The notes under the pieces are model-generated. The model searched no databases, was not told the DNA's origin, and worked only from the letters and a program-made list of their open reading frames with translations. The translations under genes were made by a program, and so were the position numbers. Positions 17,785-25,387 of a DNA stretch of 25,387 nucleotides are shown here, in pieces (position 1 is the first letter of the stretch; the number at the start of each line of letters is the position of its first letter). Origin of the DNA: Elusimicrobiota bacterium (lineage in GTDB: Bacteria; Elusimicrobiota; UBA8919); assembly GCA_043816185.1 (NCBI GenBank), contig JBDRIG010000082.1, positions 1 to 25,387 of the forward strand, given 5' to 3'.

Positions 17785-18951
17785 TTACCGATTTCCTTTT
17801 GCTCGATTGTGTGTCTTGCAAAGCATCTCGCAGTTTTTTATCGAAGTCGCACCGCCCTTACTCCAAGCCGAAACATGGTCGGCATCCATATCGCTCAAGC
17901 TCCAAATTTTCGCTTTGTTTGCGTCGTGTCCTATGGCACAATGCGAGCAATTTGATACGCCATTTTTCTCTGCTTTAGCGGTTTGTGTTGCATAAACCGC
18001 TTTTTTGGTTGCTTCATCAAAAATTCGGACTTCAAGCAATTTCGTATCAACAGCACCACCTAAAATAAACTCAAAAATACCTTTGCGATTTTTAATATAC
18101 GGATCACCATAAAGATTACGCACTTCGGCTGACACCTTCTTGGGGCCATAAGATTTTTTATGATACTGCTCATACAGTCGTCCCCATTCTAGCCCCTGCA
18201 TTTCACTTTCAACATCTATAAATACGCTAGAAATCCAATCAATCACGCTGTTAAAATATTTTTTTAATTCGTTTATATTTTTGTCGTTGCGATGACTACT
18301 CATGTAATCATCAATATTTCCTTTACTTACCCAATCTAAAGCTCTCTCAAAAAATGCCTGTCGGTTTGCACTGCCTTTTATGTAAGCACTCCATTTTTGA
18401 ATATTTGAATTTTGGCTATTGCTAAACTCCTCTTTGCCCAATGTAACAAATGGTCCAGAATAAATCGCATTTAACAATTCTTGAGGGACGAGCGGAACTC
18501 CAGCGATGTTGATCGTTTTAAACCATTCTTTTATTTGGCTTTCTGTTCCCTCACATTCATAAATGAGTAGTTTGGTTTCCAATATTTTATCTTTTTTGTC
18601 TTTTGCCATACCGCCAAAATACTGCATACCATTTTCGTCTTTGATAGCAAATTTGTCAGTCACAAAACGTCCAACACTGGTGATTCGCTGTTGTCCGTCC
18701 AAAACTTCAAAATTAATGTCGTTTACTTTATTAAAATAAATCAATCCTATTGGGTATCCCTTGAGTATTGATTCAATGACGGCCATTTCTCTTTTACCGC
18801 CGTCAGACGCATAAATATAATTGCGTTGGTATTCTGGTTGAATAGTCAGCTTGCCAGACAAACCAAATAAACCCTTTCCTTCAAGTTTGTTATAAACGAA
18901 TCCTTCGCAAATATCTTTGACAGTAATAGTGGTTTTTAAAATTGTTTTCAT
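17785..18951 (-). CDS. DUF262 (GmrSD N-terminal, ParB-like) + HNH endonuclease
   Basis: [17 protein letters not shown] and FKTINIAG (DUF262); C-terminal CSHC...DADH...GG.T...[14 protein letters not shown] (HNH). Confidence 0.9.
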   Translation of the reverse strand: MKTILKTTITVKDICEGFVYNKLEGKGLFGLSGKLTIQPEYQRNYIYASDGGKREMAVIESILKGYPIGLIYFNKVNDINFEVLDGQQRITSVGRFVTDKFAIKDENGMQYFGGMAKDKKDKILETKLLIYECEGTESQIKEWFKTINIAGVPLVPQELLNAIYSGPFVTLGKEEFSNSQNSNIQKWSAYIKGSANRQAFFERALDWVSKGNIDDYMSSHRNDKNINELKKYFNSVIDWISSVFIDVESEMQGLEWGRLYEQYHKKSYGPKKVSAEVRNLYGDPYIKNRKGIFEFILGGAVDTKLLEVRIFDEATKKAVYATQTAKAEKNGVSNCSHCAIGHDANKAKIWSLSDMDADHVSAWSKGGATSIKNCEMLCKTHNRAKGNR

Positions 18952-18967
18952 ATTATTAAAATTTTTA

Positions 18968-19999
18968 TTAATTTTTACCTTTTATTTTTTTCTCCACCTT
19001 TTTCTCCAGCAATTTAATGTTTTCCAAATAGGTTTTTTCGACGGGAGAGAGTGTTTTCGCTTGATATTTTTTATATTCCTTAGTCGCCTTTTCAACTGCT
19101 TGTTTATAACTTACTTTACCGGCATTTTGCAATACGCCCTTCCCATAATTTTTAGTAAATTTATCCAACTCAAAAACCCAATCTGCCATACGCATTTGTT
19201 GTTTTTCCCGTGCCTTTATTTCGGCCAAATCAAAAAATGCTGAAACCATACGATTAAGTCGAAATAATTCGTCTTCTGTCAGATAGTTTTTTGCTATTGT
19301 TATTTCGGACAATATTGGCAATACGCCGACAAAAGTTGTTAGCCCCATAAAATCTTTTTCAGCATCAGCCCTCTTGGCTATTATTTCTGCGGCAGTATGC
19401 TTATTTGTAGCATAATGAAGTTTGTTTTGCACTACTTTGAAAAATGCAATGGACTCCAGACTGTGAGGATTATAATCAACACTCGTAGCGTATAAATCAA
19501 GCACTTGGCGATAAAGTGCTTTTTCACTGCTTCGAATGTCACGAATGCGATCGAGAAGTTCTTTCCAATAATTGCCTCCACCTGTTTCCTTCAAGCGCTC
19601 ATCATCTATAACAAAACCTTTTACAATATACTCTTTTAATTTCTGTGTTGCCCAAATGCGAAATTGAGTGCCTCGCAATGATTTCACGCGATAACCAACC
19701 GAGATAATAACATCAAGATTATAAAAATTAGTGTCATATGTTTTGCCGTCTGAAGCAGTATGCTGGAATTTCCGGCATACTGAATTTTCCTCTAATTCTC
19801 CCTCTTTAAAGACATTTTGAATGTGTTCCGTGATAGTTTTTCTGTTCTTATTGAAAAGTTCCGCCATCTGCCTTTGTGAAAGCCAAACAGTTTCATTTTT
19901 CATCCGCGCTTCAATCTTGGTCTCGCCATCTGCGCCTTCATAGATAATTATCTCGCCGAAATTATTATTTATCATATTGTTTTTATCTTGTTTATTCAT
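18968..19999 (-). CDS. RhuM-family protein (copy 2)
   Basis: [35 protein letters not shown] and IRDIRSSEK. Start set at ATG 19999. Confidence 0.93.
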   Translation of the reverse strand: MNKQDKNNMINNNFGEIIIYEGADGETKIEARMKNETVWLSQRQMAELFNKNRKTITEHIQNVFKEGELEENSVCRKFQHTASDGKTYDTNFYNLDVIISVGYRVKSLRGTQFRIWATQKLKEYIVKGFVIDDERLKETGGGNYWKELLDRIRDIRSSEKALYRQVLDLYATSVDYNPHSLESIAFFKVVQNKLHYATNKHTAAEIIAKRADAEKDFMGLTTFVGVLPILSEITIAKNYLTEDELFRLNRMVSAFFDLAEIKAREKQQMRMADWVFELDKFTKNYGKGVLQNAGKVSYKQAVEKATKEYKKYQAKTLSPVEKTYLENIKLLEKKVEKKIKGKN

Positions 20000-20004
20000 A
20001 ATTT

Positions 20005-20058
20005 TTACCCTTCGCAAATATCTTTGACAGTTATGTTAGTTTTTAAAATTGTTTTCAT
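20005..20058 (-). pseudogene. 17-codon stub duplicating the 5' end of the DUF262-HNH gene
   Basis: [17 protein letters not shown] versus [17 protein letters not shown] at 18951; ~50-bp imperfect direct repeat of 18902-18951. Confidence 0.85.
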
Positions 20059-20288
20059 GGTATTTTTTTCTTGTTTTCTTCTAAAAACTTTTGATTTAAA
20101 AAATTATCTCTTGAAATCACTTTTTTACCGGTTTGCTTAGCAATAATGTCAAGAGCTGGTCGACTTGTTTCCACATCCACAAACTTTGCGCCTGTAGTTT
20201 CTTCAAAGAATTTCATGAATGCTTCGGCATCAATAATTGGTTTTCGCATAGAGGTTCTCATATCATTTTTTATGTGTCTTTTTTTCAT
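20055..20288 (-). CDS. Hypothetical protein (77 aa)
   Basis: ATG-started ORF co-oriented with the island genes; ATGA overlap with the downstream stub. Confidence 0.6.
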   Translation of the reverse strand: MKKRHIKNDMRTSMRKPIIDAEAFMKFFEETTGAKFVDVETSRPALDIIAKQTGKKVISRDNFLNQKFLEENKKKIP

Positions 20289-20389
20289 AATATTTATTGT
20301 TTATACCAACTATAGTAATGTAAACTTTTTATGTTGTTTTGTTTACATTGGCAAGCGAGATATAAACTAAATGTAATTCAATTTTCATA

Positions 20390-21505
20390 TTATTTTTTCT
20401 TATGCTTTATTAAAATCCTTTGATAAATTTTTCTGCCATTTGAAATGGGATTATTGTAAACTTTAAAATCCCCAATCTTAAACTCATTTGGTACTTGTCC
20501 GTTTGCTGAACCCCCAATAATTTCAAATTGCTCGGGGGAGTATTTATCAAGAAAACTTAATGGCACACCCATTACACCACTATAATCACTTGGTATAGAA
20601 TCTGTGAACGGAATTTCTATGGCATTATAATTGTCATATTTTTCATACACTTTTTTGCCTTTAATTTCTTTGTGCTTGCTGTATTTCAAATTTTCTTCCA
20701 TTGTCATAAGTGGTAATGGTTGGTGGCGTCGTCCGTGATCAAGGTTGGTAAACCAACAAACATTCCTAAATTTTACTAAACCAGTTTCGGGCATATAAAC
20801 CCCCTCTCCATATTCTTTAGCAAAAGGTGTTGAAAAAAAGGCGTTGCCAGCGTGAAAGCCGTTGCCAAACCACATTTTATTTTCTTTGATCAACGGAAAC
20901 GTCTCCTTGTAAGTAATTGCGTTCATACCACCAATAATCACAAACTTTTTATTGTAATCAAAAAGTTGTTTAACATATTCGCGAAACAGACTGAACGGCG
21001 GATTTGTTGCGACTATATCGGATTGTTTAAGTAGACTTACGCATTCATCACTTCGAAAGTCGCCGTCGCCTTCAAGTGGTGTCCATTCATTGTGTTTGTT
21101 TGCTTTTAACTGTTTGGAAACATCCTTCAAATTGAATTCGCCGTCGTCGTCTATGTCGCGTACTTCGTTGATAATAAATTTGTTGGCATTTATCTTTGGA
21201 CGGCCTTTTGATTTTGAAAGAGTTTTATCATTACCGAATAGCGCCAGTTGCGTATTGGCTACGGGCGAAGGTTTGTAGCTAGTGGTGATAATCTGTTTTA
21301 ATCCAAGCCTGTTGAAATTAAGCACAAAATACCGAAAAAAGTTGCTCTCGAACGGATCGTCACAGTTGCAATACACCACCTTGTCTCGAAATATATCGGG
21401 GTTGAATTCTAAATACGCCGCAATCTCTTTTTGAATATCGCCGTATTGAGTATAAAACTCGTCATTTTTTGCCTTTTTTGCGTTTGTAAGATTTTTGTTT
21501 GCCAT
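20390..21505 (-). CDS. Adenine-specific DNA methyltransferase, EcoRI family
   Basis: AKKAKNDEFYT, VYCNCDDP, GDFRSDEC, catalytic TNPPFSLF and MGVPLSFLDKY. Confidence 0.93.
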   Translation of the reverse strand: MANKNLTNAKKAKNDEFYTQYGDIQKEIAAYLEFNPDIFRDKVVYCNCDDPFESNFFRYFVLNFNRLGLKQIITTSYKPSPVANTQLALFGNDKTLSKSKGRPKINANKFIINEVRDIDDDGEFNLKDVSKQLKANKHNEWTPLEGDGDFRSDECVSLLKQSDIVATNPPFSLFREYVKQLFDYNKKFVIIGGMNAITYKETFPLIKENKMWFGNGFHAGNAFFSTPFAKEYGEGVYMPETGLVKFRNVCWFTNLDHGRRHQPLPLMTMEENLKYSKHKEIKGKKVYEKYDNYNAIEIPFTDSIPSDYSGVMGVPLSFLDKYSPEQFEIIGGSANGQVPNEFKIGDFKVYNNPISNGRKIYQRILIKHKKK

Positions 21506-21507
21506 AA

Positions 21508-22257
21508 TTATTTCCTAGTTATCAAATCATAAGCCAAGCTGGCGAGTGATATGTAATGAATCACCAAATTTTTATCCAAATCTTGAGCGGGAGTATGCGC
21601 TTTTTCATTTCGCAAAAATTGAATAGACATATGCAAAAATTTTACTCCCTCGAAAAAGTCCTTTTCCGCTTCGTTTTTCGGTTTGCGTCCGAAAATCTTT
21701 TCTTGATTTAATTCCGCAAAAGCCTCATGCGCTTTTTCTTTTCCTGTAACATCTTTGAGTTTCTGCCGAACGATTTTATATGCTTCTTCTACGGCATTAA
21801 AATAATGCCCGCTATTCAGTAATTTTTGAACATGGTCAAAAACTTCTTTTTGCAAAGTTATATTGATATTGCCATTCTTGAAAGTGGCTTGAGATTTATT
21901 TTCAACTTTCACTTTCGTTCCAAAAAGTTTTTCCCCGATATTTTTTGCAGCGGTCATTCTGTCAGTTGGAAAATCTGCTCGCTTTAGATTATCAAGCAAA
22001 ATTTGATTTTCAATATATTCAATAAGTTTTAATATGCTTTTGCCAACAGTTTTTTCATCTGCCTTTAACCACAAGCCACGTATACGATTAGCTTTTGAAC
22101 CGCTTGCGTAGTTATATTTTTGATTGTAAATATCAATTCCTATATCGTCTCTAAAAAAATCTCCCATTGTCCGATCTGAAAAATTCAAAACATAACCACC
22201 GTTCATTTGGAATAGTTTTTCAAATATTTGTTTTTCAAGTGTGGTTAAGTTTGCCAT
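21508..22257 (-). CDS. TIGR02391-family (Ymh-like HEPN) protein with Abi-type N-terminal domain
   Basis: N-terminal GGYVLNFSDRT; C-terminal HYFNAVEEAYK and the HEPN RxxxxH motif RNEKAH. Confidence 0.8.
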   Translation of the reverse strand: MANLTTLEKQIFEKLFQMNGGYVLNFSDRTMGDFFRDDIGIDIYNQKYNYASGSKANRIRGLWLKADEKTVGKSILKLIEYIENQILLDNLKRADFPTDRMTAAKNIGEKLFGTKVKVENKSQATFKNGNINITLQKEVFDHVQKLLNSGHYFNAVEEAYKIVRQKLKDVTGKEKAHEAFAELNQEKIFGRKPKNEAEKDFFEGVKFLHMSIQFLRNEKAHTPAQDLDKNLVIHYISLASLAYDLITRK

Positions 22258-22261
22258 ATTC

Positions 22262-22396
22262 TTATTTCATTAAAACATCAAGATGAATGCCGAGAGCAGT
22301 TGTGATTTGGTCAACCTGTGCCTTTGGATCAAGAACTTTGCCGACAAGTATTTGTCTGGCAGAGTATATCTTTCGTTTTGTAGTTTGATTAAGCAT
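22262..22396 (-). pseudogene. 44-aa remnant: N-terminus of an N-6 DNA methylase (HsdM-like), possibly fused to an XRE-HTH tail
   Basis: Translates as MLNQTTKRKIYSARQILVGKVLDPKAQVDQITTALGIHLDVLMK*. The ARQILVGKVxDPKAQVDQITTAL stretch resembles HsdM-type N-termini (from recall). Confidence 0.6.
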
Positions 22397-22397
22397 A

Positions 22398-23453
22398 TTA
22401 TTTTTTATTTTTACCTTTAGATTCTAATAGTTTTTTGACCTCACGATCAAAATCGGAAATGTAATTTTTATCCTGTTCTACGCGATATTTTTCATATTCT
22501 GCTTCAGCTTTAATTTTTGCCTCTAACGCTGTAAATTTTCCTGCATTCATAAGAATAGAATAATCTGAAACAGATAAAAATTTATCTAAAAAAATAACCC
22601 AATCTTTCATATTCATCACAATATGTCTCTGTGCTCTGTTTTCCGCCAAATCCAAATAAGCAGATACGATTTTTTCTAATTGCTCCAAATAATCTTGGTT
22701 AAGATAATTCTTGACAATTGCTACATCCAATTTTGAAATTTTTCCTTTTGGGGACTGTTTCCAAGTTTTTAGTCCCATATAAACTTTTTTAGCATCAACT
22801 TCGGTATAGATAATTTCAGCGGCTGTTTTGCCAGTAATCGCCCAGTGTAATTTGTTTTGAACGGTTGCAAAAAAATCCTTAGTTAGCAGATTATTCGGAT
22901 CATAATCGGCAGATAGTGCATAGATATCAGTAATTTTTTGATAAAATCTTCTTTCACTCATACGAATTTCACGAATTCTCTCAAGTGCTTCATCAAAATA
23001 ATCTTGTCCAAAGTGTTTTATTTGTTTTAGTCTTTCATCGTCCATCGCGAAACCTTTGATAATATACTCATGTAAAATTTCTGTCGCCCATTTGCGAAAT
23101 TCCATTGCTCTGTGGGAATTTACACGATAACCAATAGCAGTGATGACTTTCAAGTTATAATATTTCACTGATTTATTTTGAGTTTTGCCTTCTATCGCCC
23201 CATGTTGAGTGGTATGTTCCAAAATGGAAACAACCACTTTTTCATCTAATTCCCCCATTTTAAAAATATTTTTAAGATGTTTAGATATTGCAGAAACATT
23301 AACTTCAAAAAGTTCGCTCATTTTCTTTTGAGTAAGCCAGAGAGTGTCATTTTTAAAAAAGACGTCAATATTCACCTTGCCATTTTCTGTTTGAAAAATA
23401 ACAAAATTATTAAATAATTGAAGTTCTGAATTGTTTTGGTTATCTTTTTTCAT
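22398..23453 (-). CDS. RhuM-family protein (copy 3)
   Basis: TLWLTQKKMSELF, YYNLKVITAIGYRVNS, FRKWAT, IREIRMSERRFYQKITDIY and VQNKLHWA. Confidence 0.93.
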   Translation of the reverse strand: MKKDNQNNSELQLFNNFVIFQTENGKVNIDVFFKNDTLWLTQKKMSELFEVNVSAISKHLKNIFKMGELDEKVVVSILEHTTQHGAIEGKTQNKSVKYYNLKVITAIGYRVNSHRAMEFRKWATEILHEYIIKGFAMDDERLKQIKHFGQDYFDEALERIREIRMSERRFYQKITDIYALSADYDPNNLLTKDFFATVQNKLHWAITGKTAAEIIYTEVDAKKVYMGLKTWKQSPKGKISKLDVAIVKNYLNQDYLEQLEKIVSAYLDLAENRAQRHIVMNMKDWVIFLDKFLSVSDYSILMNAGKFTALEAKIKAEAEYEKYRVEQDKNYISDFDREVKKLLESKGKNKK

Positions 23454-23555
23454 AATAATTTTGGGTTACCTCATATAAACATTAACAGAAACATAATCTT
23501 TAACATATAACAATTTCAGTGCGTTTGCAATTTTAACAATATCAACAGTCAATTT

Positions 23556-23629
23556 TGCGCCCAGCAGGACTCGAACCTGCAACCTTTTGCTTCGAAGGCA
23601 ATCGCTCTATCCAATTGAGCTATGGGCGC
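23556..23629 (-). tRNA. tRNA-Arg (anticodon TCG), CCA not encoded
   Basis: GCGCCCA/TGGGCGC acceptor stem, GCTC/GAGC D stem, CT-TCG-AA anticodon loop, GCAGG-TTCGAGT-CCTGC T arm. Confidence 0.96.
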
Positions 23630-23653
23630 ATATATTTGTGCGAGGTAAACTCC

Positions 23654-23687
23654 GCAATCGCTCTATCTAATTGAGATACAGTGGCGC
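23654..23687 (-). pseudogene. Degenerate copy of the tRNA-Arg 5' half
   Basis: TATCTCAATTAGATAGAGCGATTGC matches the tRNA at 23/25 nt; preceded by GCGCC. Confidence 0.75.
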
Positions 23688-24103
23688 TATTCGCCTATTA
23701 TTTTTACGAGAACGCGTTTTTTTCTCTGCCCGTCAAACTCGCCGTAAAAAATCTGCTCCCATGTACCAAAATCCAACTCTCCATTTGTTATTGCAATTAC
23801 GGTTTCTCTACCCATAATTGTTCTTTTCAAGTGCGAGTGCGCATTATCTTCACCTGTCAAATTATGTTCATATTTTTCAGGCGAATATGGTACAAGTTTT
23901 TCAAGCCAATCCTTGAAATCATTTTTCAGCCCTTTCTCCTCATCGTTAATAAACACGCTTGATGTTATGTGCATTGCATTGACAAGACAGAGCCCTTCTT
24001 TCACGCCACTTTTTTTGACGAGTTTTTCAACTTCGTCGGTAATATTAATAAACTCGATTTTAGTTTTCGTGTTAAACCACAGATATTCGGTTAAAAATTT
24101 CAT
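23687..24103 (-). CDS. yjbQ: YjbQ/UPF0047 family (secondary thiamine-phosphate synthase) protein
   Basis: [21 protein letters not shown] and [13 protein letters not shown]. Confidence 0.93.
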   Translation of the reverse strand: MKFLTEYLWFNTKTKIEFINITDEVEKLVKKSGVKEGLCLVNAMHITSSVFINDEEKGLKNDFKDWLEKLVPYSPEKYEHNLTGEDNAHSHLKRTIMGRETVIAITNGELDFGTWEQIFYGEFDGQRKKRVLVKIIGE

Positions 24104-24106
24104 AAC

Positions 24107-25183
24107 TCATTTCACCCGTTCCATTTGTTTCCAAAAACCACTTTTTGAACGTAGGATATCTCGATATGTCGCATAAAGCGCAAGCGTTATTAAAAGTGCA
24201 AAACCGGCGGATGTCGCAAATTGTATAATCTTTTTATTCAGAGGTTTTCTGAAAATACCTTCAAATAGATAAAACATAATATGCCCACCATCAACAAAAG
24301 GAATAGGCAAAAGATTGAACATTCCGAGTGCAACTGAAACAATTGCTATAAAATTAAGAAACACTTTAGGTCCAAGTTTCGCAGCAAAATAAGCTGATTG
24401 CATAATTCCAACTGGACCAGAAACCTCAGATGGTGCTTCCAAAAGTATCAATTTCATATAAAGATATTTAAGAGGAACAATCGTCCAGAAAACTATTTGA
24501 TCTAACGATTCTTTCAGTGCTTTTACAAACCCCACTTTTATAATAATCGGTTTTGAAGACATATCATATGCGATTCCAATGCGAGATGTTTTCAATTTCT
24601 CGTCGTAACAAGGTGTAATTTTCATATCAAGAATTTCGTCATTTCTTTTTACTGAAAAAAGTAATTCTTTATTTGGTGATATTTTTACAATTTTTGATAC
24701 AAGTCGTGCATCCTCAAGTTTATTTCCATCGATAGCAATTATTTCGTCACCATTTTGAAGTCCCGCAATAAAAGCAGGCATGTCTTTCTCTACTAATTTT
24801 ATAACGGGACGCTGATATTGTAATCCCCAAACAAAAATAATAAACAAAAAAATAATAAACGCAGAAATATAATTCATTGTTGCACCAGCAAAAACAATAG
24901 CAATCCGTTGGTACCATTTTTTTGAAAAAAATTCGTCAGGAGCACCATTTACATCACATATTTCTTCGCCAGCCATTTTTACAAATCCGCCTATGGGTAT
25001 TGGCCTGATTGAATATCTCGTTTCGCCTTTTGTCCATCCAAAAATTTCCGGTCCGAAGCCAAACGAAAAATTCAAAACCTTCACTTTTAATTTTTTCGCA
25101 ACAATAAAATGTCCGAATTCGTGAACCATTATCACAAAACCAAACATTAACGCAACCGCCAATATGCCCAAAAGAATTGTCAT
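24107..25183 (-). CDS. rseP: RIP metalloprotease RseP (M50, PDZ)
   Basis: HEFGH, PIGGFVKMAGE, PDZ domain and FNLLPIPFVDGG; AGGAG RBS before ATG 25183. Confidence 0.95.
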   Translation of the reverse strand: MTILLGILAVALMFGFVIMVHEFGHFIVAKKLKVKVLNFSFGFGPEIFGWTKGETRYSIRPIPIGGFVKMAGEEICDVNGAPDEFFSKKWYQRIAIVFAGATMNYISAFIIFLFIIFVWGLQYQRPVIKLVEKDMPAFIAGLQNGDEIIAIDGNKLEDARLVSKIVKISPNKELLFSVKRNDEILDMKITPCYDEKLKTSRIGIAYDMSSKPIIIKVGFVKALKESLDQIVFWTIVPLKYLYMKLILLEAPSEVSGPVGIMQSAYFAAKLGPKVFLNFIAIVSVALGMFNLLPIPFVDGGHIMFYLFEGIFRKPLNKKIIQFATSAGFALLITLALYATYRDILRSKSGFWKQMERVK

Positions 25184-25230
25184 TTTATCTCCTGTTAGCG
25201 ACAATGAAACTGATAACTAACTGATACGGA

Positions 25231-25257
25231 CGAGATTGCTTCGCTACGCCCGCAATG
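25231..25257 (-). repeat. REP copy interrupted by the element (insertion target)
   Basis: CGAGATTGCTTCGCTACGCCCGCAATG; the expected terminal AC is replaced by the element end. Confidence 0.8.
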
Positions 25258-25387
25258 GTATAATGGAAAAGCAAGCTTCCTTCCGGGGAGGTCATAAAGT
25301 AACGCATAAAAGCGCAGACCTTTTGTGATCTTTTCAAACGATCAAAAGTGGTGTATAATATATACACCGGACTTTAACCTCGGTAAG
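25258..25387 (+). mobile_element. Second copy of the same non-coding element end, truncated by the window edge
   Basis: Inverted near-identical copy of 1-127; the junction reads TG-G-TATAAT. Confidence 0.7.

Larger units (their letters stand above)
16441..23550 (-). mobile_element. tRNA-adjacent defence/accessory island (no integrase visible)
   Basis: Restriction-modification, HEPN and RhuM genes plus gene fragments between tRNA-Arg and ispG. Boundaries approximate. Confidence 0.7.

Noticed and set aside
1..25387. Linear plasmid, phage or transposon with terminal inverted repeats
   Set aside because: The content is essential chromosomal genes with no replication, terminal-protein or transposase gene. 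Contig breakage at a multi-copy element is simpler.

Overview
An AT-rich chromosomal fragment from a diderm bacterium; Elusimicrobiota is a low-confidence guess. The + strand carries an outer-membrane beta-barrel gene, rimP-nusA-infB, and a two-gene unit (Xis/BldC-like HTH plus a small basic tandem-repeat protein). The - strand carries rseP, yjbQ, tRNA-Arg(TCG), a ~7 kb integrase-less defence island, ispG, murC-murB and grpE-dnaK-dnaJ-rsmE. The island holds three RhuM paralogues, a TIGR02391/HEPN protein, an EcoRI-type adenine methyltransferase, a DUF262-HNH nuclease and four gene stubs. The most striking feature is that both window ends (1-134 and 25251-25384) are the same non-coding element end in inverted orientation. 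Each copy joins a REP-like GTCATTGCG...GCAATCTC repeat at the same nucleotide, begins with an extended -10 box and can fold into a multi-hairpin RNA, which suggests a REP-targeting, IS110/IS1111-like element. The same repeat family has also inserted in frame into rsmE, and similar inserts may be present in rimP, murB and ispG. All family assignments come from motif recognition only; no database searches were run.
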